In this document: positions 10,109 through 18,936 of the stretch, one piece after another
Position numbering within the stretch: the first letter of the stretch is position 1
Layout of the letters: each line of letters begins with the position of its first letter
Assembly: GCA_963758635.1 (NCBI GenBank)
Contig: CAVWWD010000005.1
Coordinates: forward strand, 1 to 64,000
DNA from: an uncultured Candidatus Rokubacteria bacterium
GTDB lineage: Bacteria > Methylomirabilota > Methylomirabilia > Rokubacteriales > CSP1-6
DNA length: 64,000 nt
Reading direction: 5' to 3'
The notes under the pieces: model-generated
What the model was told of the DNA's origin: nothing
What the model saw: the letters and a program-made list of their open reading frames with translations, nothing else
Database searches by the model: none
Program-made: the position numbers and the translations under genes

Positions 10109-11221
10109 TCAGGCCACCCCACGCCGGGCCAGGCCCAAGTAGAGGTCGCGATAGCGGCCGACCATCCGGTCGAGGCCGAACTCCGACACCGCGCGCGCCC
10201 GGCCCGCCTTGCCGTGGCCGCTCCTGAGGTGTGGGTCCTGCGCGTAGGCGGCGAGGGCCGCGCCGAGGGCGGGCCGGTCGCCCACGGGCACGAGCGTGCC
10301 CGTCACGCCGTCCTCGACCAGCTCCGGGTTGCCGCCCGTGCGCGTGGCCACGACGGGCAAGCCGCTGGCCATGGCCTCGAGGATGGTGTTCGCGATGCCC
10401 TCGGCGATCGAGGGGAGCACGAACACGTCGAGCCCGGGGAGGAGCCGCGGCACGTCGGGGCGCTCGCCGTAGAGGCGCACGCGGCCGGCGAGGTCCGGAC
10501 GCGCCGCGCGCTCGGCAAGATCGGCCCGGCACGGGCCGTCGCCGATCAGCACCAGGACGGCGCGCGCCGCCTCGTCCCGCATGGCCGCGAAGGCCTCGAG
10601 CAGCCCCATCTGGTCCTTCACGGGATCGAGACGCCCCACGGTCCCGACCACCACGGCGGAGGCGGGCAGGCCGAGGGCGGCGCGGCCCTCCGCGCGGCCC
10701 TCGTCGGAGAACCGGTCGAGGTTGACCCCGTTCACGATCGTCACCACCTTGGCCTCCGGGATGCGCACGGTGTCGACCAGCCAGCGCCGGAGGTCGACGG
10801 AGACGGTGACGAACCGGGTCACGATGGGCGACACGAGGCGGCGCATCCTGATGCGGCGCGGGCGGAGCCCGTGGGGGTCGGAGATGTCCCGGCCGTGCTC
10901 GCCGTGCACGACGGCGGGCGCCCCCGCGAGCTTCGCGGCGGGGATGGCGTCGAAGGTGGCCCAGTTTCGCGAGTGGACGATGTCCGGCCGGAGCCGGCGC
11001 AGCAGCGCCACCAGCCGGCCCATCGCCCGCAGGTCCACGCCGGGACGCTTGTCGAGGCGGAACACGCGCACACCGGCGGGAAGCCGGTCGGCGAGAGGCC
11101 CCGAGCCGTTCATCGAGACCACGGTGTGGGTCAGCTCTGGGAGGGCGCCGATGAGGTTCACCGCGCCGTTCTCGGTCCCCCCGACCTCGAGCGAGTGCAG
11201 CACGTGGACGACGTGCGGCAT
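10109..11221 (-). CDS. GT4 sugar transferase, PEP-CTERM/EpsH1-associated type
   Basis: HSLEVGGTENG, HSRNWA, HGEHGRD, EGIANTILEAMASGLPVV. Confidence 0.88.
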   Translation of the reverse strand: MPHVVHVLHSLEVGGTENGAVNLIGALPELTHTVVSMNGSGPLADRLPAGVRVFRLDKRPGVDLRAMGRLVALLRRLRPDIVHSRNWATFDAIPAAKLAGAPAVVHGEHGRDISDPHGLRPRRIRMRRLVSPIVTRFVTVSVDLRRWLVDTVRIPEAKVVTIVNGVNLDRFSDEGRAEGRAALGLPASAVVVGTVGRLDPVKDQMGLLEAFAAMRDEAARAVLVLIGDGPCRADLAERAARPDLAGRVRLYGERPDVPRLLPGLDVFVLPSIAEGIANTILEAMASGLPVVATRTGGNPELVEDGVTGTLVPVGDRPALGAALAAYAQDPHLRSGHGKAGRARAVSEFGLDRMVGRYRDLYLGLARRGVA

Positions 11222-13104
11222 CAGGCGGGCGACCGGTCGAGCCACGTGCCCGCCCAGTGCTCCAGGCACAGCATGGCCCAGATCTCGCTCGCGTGGTCGC
11301 GCGTGCCGGCGCGGTGCGCGTCGAGGACGCGCTCCATCGCCACGGGGTCGACGAGGCCGCGCTGCCGCGCCGCCGGCCCGAGGAGCACGTCGCGCGCGTA
11401 CGAGTCGAGCTCGCCGCGGAACCACGACTCGAGCGGCACCCCGAAGCCCATCTTCGGGCGCGTCAGGAGCGCGGGCGGGAGGTCCGCGGCCATCACCTGC
11501 TTCAGGATCACCTTGCCCGCGCCGTCGGCCAGCTTGAGGCGGCTCGGCATCGTGGCGAGGAACTCCATCAGCTCGTGGTCGAGGAGCGGCACGCGCGCTT
11601 CCAGCGACACCGCCATGCTCGTCCGGTCGACCTTGGTGAGGATGTCGTCGGGCAGGTACTGCCGCACGTCGACGTACTGGAGGGTCGACACCTCGTCGGG
11701 GGGGCATCCCTCGGCGGCGAGGCGATGGAGCACGCTCGCGCCCGGCGCCGGGGGAAGCGCGGCGCGGGCCTCCCGCGTGAGGAGCGCGCCCGGAGCGGCG
11801 CCGCGGTGGCCGGTCATCATCAGGTAGTAGCGGTCCAGGATCGACGCCGCGCCGCGCAGCTCGAGGTAGCGCTGGCCGCGCGCGCCCGCCGGCAGCATGC
11901 GGCCGGCGGCGCGGTAGAGCGGGCGCAGCAGACGCCCCGCCCCGTGATCCAGCTGCCGGGCCAGCCCCATGGCCGTCGCGTAGCGGCGATAGCCCGCGAA
12001 GCCCTCGTCGCCGCCGTCGCCGGACAGCGCCACCGTCACCTGCTCGCGGGTGATCTTGGAGACGTAGTACGTGGGCAGGGCCGAGGCGTCGGCGAACGGC
12101 TCGTCGAACTGCCAGGCCAGGCGCGGCAGGATCTCCAGCGCGGCGGGCTTGACCACGAACTCGTAGTGCTCGGTGCCGAAGCGGCGGGCCACGAGCCGCG
12201 CGTAGGCGAGCTCGTCGAAGTCCGACTCGTTGAAGCCGATCGAGAACGTGCGGATGGGCCGGGCCCCCGCGCGCGCCATCATCGCCACGACGGTGCTGGA
12301 GTCGAGCCCGCCGCTCAGGAAGGCGCCGATCGGCACGTCGCTCACCAGGTGGCTCCGCACCGCGTCCTCGAGCCGGACGGCCAGCTCCGCGCGCCAGTCC
12401 GCCTCGGCGCGCGTCTCGTCGGGCGCGAAGCGGAGGTCCCAGTAGCGACGCACCTCGGGCCCGCGGCCGTCCGCCTCGAGCAGGAGGTACGAGGCGGGCG
12501 GCAGCTTGTCGATCCCGCAGAAGATGCTCTGCGCGCCCGGCACGTAGTGATAGGTGAGGTAGTCGCCGAGCGCGCTCCAGCGGATCTCCCGCGGCAGGGA
12601 CGGATCCTGGAGCAGGGCCTTGATCTCCGACGCGAACAGGAAGCGCCGCCCGTCCCACGCGTAGACCATGGGCTTGATGCCGGCGCGGTCCCGCGCGATG
12701 AAGAGCCGCCGCCGGCGGCCGTCCCACAGGACGAAGGCGAACATGCCGCGCAGGCGCGCGAGGCAGTCCACGTCCCACGCCTCGTAGGCGCGGAGCATCA
12801 CCTCGGTGTCCGACGTCGTGTGGAAGACCGCGCCCCTCGCCTCGAGGTCCCGCCGCAGCTCGCGGAAGTTGTAGAGCTCGCCGTTGAAGACGAGCGCGAT
12901 CGTGCCGTCGGCGCTCCGCATCGGCTGGTCGCCGGTGGCGAGGTCGATGATCGCGAGCCGGCGGTGGCCGAGGCCCACGGGGCCGTCGACGTGGAACCCG
13001 TCCCCGTCGGGGCCCCGGTGGCTGATCGCCAACGTCATCGCGCGAAGCAGGGCGACGTCGACGGGGCGCCCGTCGACGTTGAAGATGCCCGCGATCCCGC
13101 ACAT
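11221..13104 (-). CDS. asnB: Asparagine synthase (glutamine-hydrolysing)-like amidotransferase, copy 2
   Basis: MCGIAG, HRGPDG, NGELYN, FLSGGLDSS, SGDGGDE, KVDRTSM. Confidence 0.93.
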   Translation of the reverse strand: MCGIAGIFNVDGRPVDVALLRAMTLAISHRGPDGDGFHVDGPVGLGHRRLAIIDLATGDQPMRSADGTIALVFNGELYNFRELRRDLEARGAVFHTTSDTEVMLRAYEAWDVDCLARLRGMFAFVLWDGRRRRLFIARDRAGIKPMVYAWDGRRFLFASEIKALLQDPSLPREIRWSALGDYLTYHYVPGAQSIFCGIDKLPPASYLLLEADGRGPEVRRYWDLRFAPDETRAEADWRAELAVRLEDAVRSHLVSDVPIGAFLSGGLDSSTVVAMMARAGARPIRTFSIGFNESDFDELAYARLVARRFGTEHYEFVVKPAALEILPRLAWQFDEPFADASALPTYYVSKITREQVTVALSGDGGDEGFAGYRRYATAMGLARQLDHGAGRLLRPLYRAAGRMLPAGARGQRYLELRGAASILDRYYLMMTGHRGAAPGALLTREARAALPPAPGASVLHRLAAEGCPPDEVSTLQYVDVRQYLPDDILTKVDRTSMAVSLEARVPLLDHELMEFLATMPSRLKLADGAGKVILKQVMAADLPPALLTRPKMGFGVPLESWFRGELDSYARDVLLGPAARQRGLVDPVAMERVLDAHRAGTRDHASEIWAMLCLEHWAGTWLDRSPA

Positions 13105-13110
13105 GGCCGT

Positions 13111-14445
13111 CTAGCTCCTCGCCGGGGTCCGCCGGCCGAGGGCCGGGACCGGTACCATGCGCCGCGCCGGCGCCGGGGCGGGCGCCGCCTCGACCTCGCG
13201 CGTCGCCGGCGCCTGGCGGACGAGCACATTGAGGATCGCCGTGGCCGCGACCAGCGTGTAGACCAGGTCGAAGTACGACAGGCTCAGGAACGCGCCGCAG
13301 ATCAGGTAGCCCGCCATGCTCGCCTCCAGCATGCGGGCACAGTCCGGGATCCACGCGTTGGCCGGGTCCCGCGGCTGGCTGTTGACGAGCAGGCGCAAGC
13401 TCAGCATCGTTGACGCGATGAGCCCGAGGAACAAAAGAAGGCCGGGGTATCCGTGCTCGGCGAGAACCTGGAAGTAGATGCTGTGGGCGTCGAAGGCGGT
13501 CCGCGTGGACCAGCCATAGTAGGCGTAGAGCTCCTGGCTGAACGTCCGGAACCCTCCGCCGGTGAGCGGGCGGTCGTTGGCGATCTGCATGGCCAGCTGC
13601 CAGGCCCGCAGGCGCCCCTGGGCCGAGCCGTCGTGCTCGTACGTCTGGATGGTCTCCATTCGCGTGAACCATTTCTCGGGCAGGATGGCCGTGGCCAGGG
13701 GAATGCTGATGGCGAGGAGCAGGAGCACCACCAGCTTCTGCTTGGACTTCAGGAAGAGCATGGGCAGCACGACGCCGAGCCCGAGCAGGGCGCCGCGCGA
13801 ATAGGTGCTCAGGATGGCGGGGAAGCTCATCACGAACATGGCGAGCCAGCCGTAGCGGAGCCAGCGGCGCTCCTCGTGCTTGTACAGGAACAGCAGGATC
13901 GGCAGCGTCATGTTCAGCGCGAGGCCGATCTCCGTGTTGCCGGCGATGAACGAGCCCGAAGGGCCGAGCACGTGGTGCTGCGATCCCGTGGCGAGCGCGA
14001 AGATGCCGCCCTTGAGCCCGAAGAACCCGAACGACGCGCCGATCACCACGAGCAGCCACCTCAGGCGGTAGCTGTCCTGGAGCAGGATGAGCGCGACCAC
14101 CGTCATGCCCAGGATCTTCGAGATCTTGATGAGGGAGTCGAATGCGCTCGCCGGGTAGTAGGCGAAGATCGTCGACACCGCGAACATCCCCCAGAGGGCC
14201 ATGAGGAACCCCACCTCGCGCGTCCGCGGCAGGGGCTTGCGGCTCCGGTCGAAGAGGAGCCCGAGGAGGGTGGCGATGGCCACGAGCTGGGCGAACGGGA
14301 TGGAGTACGCGAAGCCCCACGTCATCCGGTGGGGATTCATGAACCCGAGCCAGCACCACACCATGATGCCGACCCACGGCCGCAAGAAGCACGCCGGCAG
14401 GGCGCCCATGACCACGGCGGTGAGCACGATGTCTCGAATCGGCAT
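13111..14445 (-). CDS. Putative O-glycosylation ligase / Wzy-like polymerase, exosortase A-associated family
   Basis: Multi-TM; MNPHRMTWGF N-terminus, TYSRGALLGL, SAQGRLRAW, AHSIYFQVLAEHGYPG. Confidence 0.85.
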   Translation of the reverse strand: MPIRDIVLTAVVMGALPACFLRPWVGIMVWCWLGFMNPHRMTWGFAYSIPFAQLVAIATLLGLLFDRSRKPLPRTREVGFLMALWGMFAVSTIFAYYPASAFDSLIKISKILGMTVVALILLQDSYRLRWLLVVIGASFGFFGLKGGIFALATGSQHHVLGPSGSFIAGNTEIGLALNMTLPILLFLYKHEERRWLRYGWLAMFVMSFPAILSTYSRGALLGLGVVLPMLFLKSKQKLVVLLLLAISIPLATAILPEKWFTRMETIQTYEHDGSAQGRLRAWQLAMQIANDRPLTGGGFRTFSQELYAYYGWSTRTAFDAHSIYFQVLAEHGYPGLLLFLGLIASTMLSLRLLVNSQPRDPANAWIPDCARMLEASMAGYLICGAFLSLSYFDLVYTLVAATAILNVLVRQAPATREVEAAPAPAPARRMVPVPALGRRTPARS

Positions 14446-14523
14446 CGCTCTTACGTCCTCCTCATATCCGCTCGCCTCGCCTTCGGCTCGGCTCGCCCAG
14501 CCTCGTCGACGCGGCCACGTGGC

Positions 14524-15039
14524 TCAGTGGTGGACCGCGAGGACGCTCTGCGTCTGGCCGATCGCCGCGCGCAGGTGATCCATGCCGCTCTCGATCCGGT
14601 GCACCTCGGTGAGCCGCGAGGTCCGGAAGTAGCTCTGGGCGGAGATCAGGTTCTTCCGGGACGCGGTGATGGCGCGGTACTCCCAGGGGATCATGCTCCC
14701 GGGCTTCTGCTTCGGGCCGTCCAGGTATCCGATGCCGGCGTGCGCCGCGCGCTGAAGGACGTAGGCCTTGCTGATCAGGTCGGCCGCGCGCTTGAGGTCC
14801 TCCTCCGACTGGGCCTGCCTGACGACGTTGCCCGCCAGCGTCGCGATCTCGACGCTCTGCATGAGCTGCGGCACGATGTCATGCGGCTTCACGCTGAGGC
14901 CGCCCATGATCTTGTTGGGATCCTCGTCCTCCGGTGTGTGGACCCTCGTGCGCTTCTGCTCCTGAGCGTCGCCGGCGCGCGGCGCGGCGACGACCGCGAA
15001 GCTCACGAGCCCTGCCAGCACCCACGCGACTGTGCGCAT
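14524..15039 (-). CDS. Hypothetical secreted protein (~171 aa)
   Basis: GAGGAGG Shine-Dalgarno 6 nt before the ATG at 15039; signal peptide MRTVAWVLAGLVSFAVVAAPRAGDA; helical-looking body. Confidence 0.7.
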   Translation of the reverse strand: MRTVAWVLAGLVSFAVVAAPRAGDAQEQKRTRVHTPEDEDPNKIMGGLSVKPHDIVPQLMQSVEIATLAGNVVRQAQSEEDLKRAADLISKAYVLQRAAHAGIGYLDGPKQKPGSMIPWEYRAITASRKNLISAQSYFRTSRLTEVHRIESGMDHLRAAIGQTQSVLAVHH

Positions 15040-15053
15040 GACCATCCTCCTCG

Positions 15054-16326
15054 TCATTCGGACCTTCGGCCCGCGCGAGCGCGCGGGCTCGTGATGCGAT
15101 CGAGCAAGCGACCGAGCTCGCTGGTGAGCGCCCGGCGCTCGTAGGCCGAGATGGCTCGCGTGGCCCGCCGCCCGCTGCGGTTCGCTCGCCACGACGCATG
15201 GAGCGTCGTGATCGCCCGGCGGAGCCCGGCGTCGTCCTCGGGGTGGACGACGAAGCAGGCCTCCATGCCCTTGAGGACGTTGGAACGTCGCGCCCTCGTA
15301 GGCGAGCGCGATGATGGGCAACCCGAGCCGCAGGTACTCGAAGGCTTTCGCCGGGATCATCGAGGTGGTGTCGTCCGACGCCTGCAGGAGGAGCAGCGCC
15401 GCCGCCCGGTCCTGTACCACGAGGGCCTCGCGGTGCGGCACGTGCGGGAGCAGGGCGACCACGTCCTGGAGGGCGAGGGCCTGCACGTCGTGGGTGAACT
15501 CCGCGGACCGCAGCCAGGGCGCGATCCCGAGGAAGCTCACGCGGACGTCCTGCCGCGGGAGGGCGCCTTCGGCGATGAGACCCGCCACCGCGCGGAGCAG
15601 GGGACGCGGGTCGCGGAACTCCCGGTTCACGAGGCCCGCGTGCATGATCTCGAAGCGCGCGGGCGCCCCTCCGGCGCCGAGCCCCTCGAAGTCCTCCTCG
15701 TCATAGCCGTTGGTGAGCGTCACGACCTTGTCCGGCGGCAGCTGGGGATACCTCCGCAGGAAATCGCCACGCAGGTGCGCCGTCGTCGCCGTCACCACGT
15801 CGGCGCGCTCCACGACGCGCCGCTCCAGCGCCGACTCGACGCGGAAGCGCCGGGTGCCCGGCTTCGGGTGGATCCCGTCCTCGATCCACGGGTCGCGGAA
15901 GTCGGCCACCCACGGGATGCCCGTCACGCGGTTGATCACCGCGGCGATCAGGTGCGAGGTGGGCGGCGGGCTGGTCGAGTAGATCGCGTCGATCTGCTCG
16001 CGCCGGGCCACCGCGAGCCCCCGCGCCACCGCGAAGGGCAGCCACGCCACGTGCGAGTCGGGAATCGAGAGGACGCCGAGGTAGCGGCCCCGGAAGGCGA
16101 GGTCGCGGGAGTTGTCGAGCGCCCACGTGCGGTGGAGCACGGCCTCGCGCGGCACCTGGGCGAGCAGGCTCGGATCCTTCCCGCGGTAGCGGGACTCGCG
16201 CAGGGTCAGGACGTGCGGCGTCCAGCCGCACGTGGGGAGAAAGCGGGAGAACTTGAGTGGGCGCAGCACCCCGCTCGACCCGGTCCCGGGAGGATACAGG
16301 TGCACGACCATGAGCACGCGCTTCAT
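15054..16326 (-). CDS. GT4 glycosyltransferase, frameshifted near 15285
   Basis: MKRVLMVVHLYPP, STSPPPTSHL, WVADFRDPW, TNGYD, IPAKAFEYL; the C-terminus continues in another frame (ORF 15054..15266). Confidence 0.8.
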
Positions 16327-17780
16327 GCCCGGCTCGCGCCAAGGGTGCGGAGCACCGACCGGACCTCGCCGGCGATCGAGCGGTCGGCGAGGGCGAGGGC
16401 GCCCAGGTAGCACATCGCGCCCACGACGGCGTCCCGCGCGAGGGTGACGGCCGGGCTCGCGCCGTGGGACGGCAGCCCGAACTGCACCGCGAGCACGCCC
16501 GTCACCATCGCGACCGTCGCCAGGAGGGGGGCCGAGGCATTCTCGACGTACCGCGACGCGGGCACGGACAGCTCGCGAAGGGCGAGGCCCACGAGGAGGC
16601 TCCGCGTCAGGCAATGGCTCGCCGCCCAGCCCGCGACCACCCAGGTCACGCCGAAGGGCGCGGCGAGGGCGCAGGCGACCACGTGCAGAAGGCTCGAGAT
16701 CACGGTGAATCGGAACATCGTGTCGGCGCGGCCGCGGGCGTTGAGGGCGGTGGCCGCGGGCACGCCGAGGATCCCCCAGACGGAGCCGAGGCAATGGATC
16801 TGCAGCAGCGGCGCGATGGCCATCCAGCGCTCGGTGAGCACCACCGTGACGAAGTCGTGGGCGACCAGGAGCATGCCGACCTGCAGCGGCAGGGCGGCCA
16901 TGAGCGTGTACCGGGAGATGGTGAGGAAGTAGCGCCGGAGCCGGTCCGGCTCGGACTGGACCCGGGAGAAGACCGGGAAGGACATCTGGTTGATGACCAC
17001 CATCGAGAGCTTCTGGACGGAGTTGCTCGCGAGGTTCGCCGACATCGCGTAGAGCCCGAGCGCGGCGGGGCCGAGCAGCCGCCCGAGCACCGCCGTCGTG
17101 GCGAGCCCGGTGCAGTGGCCGACGAAGCTCGCGCCAACCACATTGGCGCCGAAGCCGAACACGCTGCGCATGCCCCGCCACGCGCAGTCGAACCCGGGCC
17201 GCCAGTCGCAGAGCGCGAAGACGGTGGCGTTCCGGACCACCGTCCGCGCCAGCTCGCCGAGCACGAGGGCCCACACCCCCTGGCCGTGGAGGGCGAGGGT
17301 GAGCAACGTCGCGGTCGACGCGAGCACGCCCACCGACTCGCCGAGCGACCGGCGGCGGAAGTCGATCTCCTTGGTCAGGAGGTTGTACGACACCATGCCG
17401 AACGCGTTGACGAGCAGCATGAGGCCGAGCGCCCGGACGATCCACGTGAGCCGGGGCTCGGCGTAGAACCCCGCGATGGCCGGCGCGGCGGCGAACCCGG
17501 CGGACGCGGTGACGAGGCTGATGCCGATCACGACCCAGAAGATCGTGTTGAGCTGCTGGCGCGTCAGATCCTGCCGCTGCACGATCACCATGCCGAGGCC
17601 GAACTCGTGGAACATCTCGAGGAACACGATGACCGAGAACGCCATCCCGAAGAGGCCGTAGTCGGCGGGGGCGAGGAGCCGGGCGAGCACGATGGTGACC
17701 GCCCAGGAGAGCAGTTGCGTCCACAGCCGCGTGCCCACGTACCAGGCCGTGGACTTGATCGCCTGTGTCCTCAGATCCAC
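16323..17780 (-). CDS. wzx: Wzx flippase (WzxC-like polysaccharide exporter)
   Basis: IVLARLLAPADYGL, LGPAALGLY, FPVFSRVQ, many TM segments; GTG start with GGAGG SD. Confidence 0.85.
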   Translation of the reverse strand: MDLRTQAIKSTAWYVGTRLWTQLLSWAVTIVLARLLAPADYGLFGMAFSVIVFLEMFHEFGLGMVIVQRQDLTRQQLNTIFWVVIGISLVTASAGFAAAPAIAGFYAEPRLTWIVRALGLMLLVNAFGMVSYNLLTKEIDFRRRSLGESVGVLASTATLLTLALHGQGVWALVLGELARTVVRNATVFALCDWRPGFDCAWRGMRSVFGFGANVVGASFVGHCTGLATTAVLGRLLGPAALGLYAMSANLASNSVQKLSMVVINQMSFPVFSRVQSEPDRLRRYFLTISRYTLMAALPLQVGMLLVAHDFVTVVLTERWMAIAPLLQIHCLGSVWGILGVPAATALNARGRADTMFRFTVISSLLHVVACALAAPFGVTWVVAGWAASHCLTRSLLVGLALRELSVPASRYVENASAPLLATVAMVTGVLAVQFGLPSHGASPAVTLARDAVVGAMCYLGALALADRSIAGEVRSVLRTLGASRA

Positions 17781-18936
17781 GCGGAGCTCCCCTCCGTGGC
17801 GGCCACTCCGGGCGGGCGGCCGGCCGCGCGCGGCGCGGCGTAACGGTAGTCGCGGAAGGCTCCCGGATCGCCGCGCTCCCCGGCCACCGCCGCGACGACC
17901 ATGTTGGCCGCCTCCCGCGCCGTGGCGAAGTGAACGCGGTACCGGCCGTCCGGATTGTACCGGCCGAGCAGCCGGTCGAGGAAGCGCTTCATCGGGTCGC
18001 CGAGGAGCGGACGGAGGTGCCGCTCGATGAGGCCGTGGGTGTGGAGCTTCACGAACACCCAGTCGGCGCGCCCCGCCACGTGCACGTTGGCCCGGCGCCA
18101 CAGGTCGAACCGCTCCACCGCGGGGGGAAGTCGTCCCCGAGCTCGCCGTTCTCCAGCCGCGGCACGGGCAGGCCGCGGACGCGCCGGCTCCAGTCGAGCA
18201 GCAGCGGCCCCTGGAGCAGGATGGGCAGCGTGATCTCGCCCTGTCCGACGGACAGCGGCACGGCGCGGCGGTGGGGCGCCCGCTCGGCGAGGGGCCGCCC
18301 GCACTGGTAGATCGAGTTGATGACCGAGACCTGCGACGGATCGGGCGCCGACGGCAGCGTGCAGTCCACGTAGCAGCCCGTCCGCGCGAGGATGGCCATC
18401 TCGCTGTCCACGCCGCACTGCCGGCCCTGGCCGCTGTTGGCGAGCTCCCAGTTGCCGTGCACGAACGCGTAGCCGATCTGGCCGGTGCGGCGGTCGCGTC
18501 CCAGGCAGCCGTGGCTCGCGAGCTGCTCCTTGAACTCGGCGAGCGTGCGCTCGAGGTTGTCGGCGGTGTCGGGGCCGTCCAGGCCGTGGTGCAGGTGCAC
18601 CTCGACCTCGCCGAAGCCGGCAGCGCAGTGCGCGACGAGCGGATCGAGCAGTGCCGCGTGGTACTGCTCGGCGGGGAAGAAGTACGTGTGCTTGAACGGG
18701 TGCCCGTCCGCGTCCTCGAAGCCGAGCGCGGCCAGCTCGTCGCACCAGCGCTGCTGGATGCGCAGGCCGTCGGCGAGCGGGCGCTCGCTCCAGAGGGGCT
18801 CGAAGTGGTTCGCCACCACGACGATGAAATGCAGGGGGCCGCTCGTGGGCTGCGCCGGCCGCAGGCGCCCCGAGGCGAGCTGGGCCAGGTACGAGAGGCC
18901 CCAGCCCGACGCGATGCTCCAGAGCGCCTCACGCAC
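17771..18936 (-). CDS. Conserved hypothetical protein (HFEP / HLHH / HGNW / HTHG motifs), frameshifted near 18125
   Basis: ORF 18049..18936 joins the end of ORF 17771..18745 across a G6 run; rich in His/Asp/Glu motifs. Confidence 0.7.

Noticed and set aside
10109..14392. 1427-aa ORF on the - strand
   Set aside because: Only the last ~370 aa (GT4) are real; the rest is an Arg/Pro/Ala-rich shadow frame over asnB and the ligase.
14446..14523. GCTCG-rich short palindrome and a 4-codon ORF (MRRT) upstream of the ligase
   Set aside because: Single low-complexity copy in the window; the mini-ORF is explained by a GAGGAGG SD-like sequence.
14524..17724. Apparent GT4 / secreted protein fusion (1066 aa)
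   Set aside because: Frameshift artefact; the GT ends at 15054 and the secreted protein has its own SD and start.
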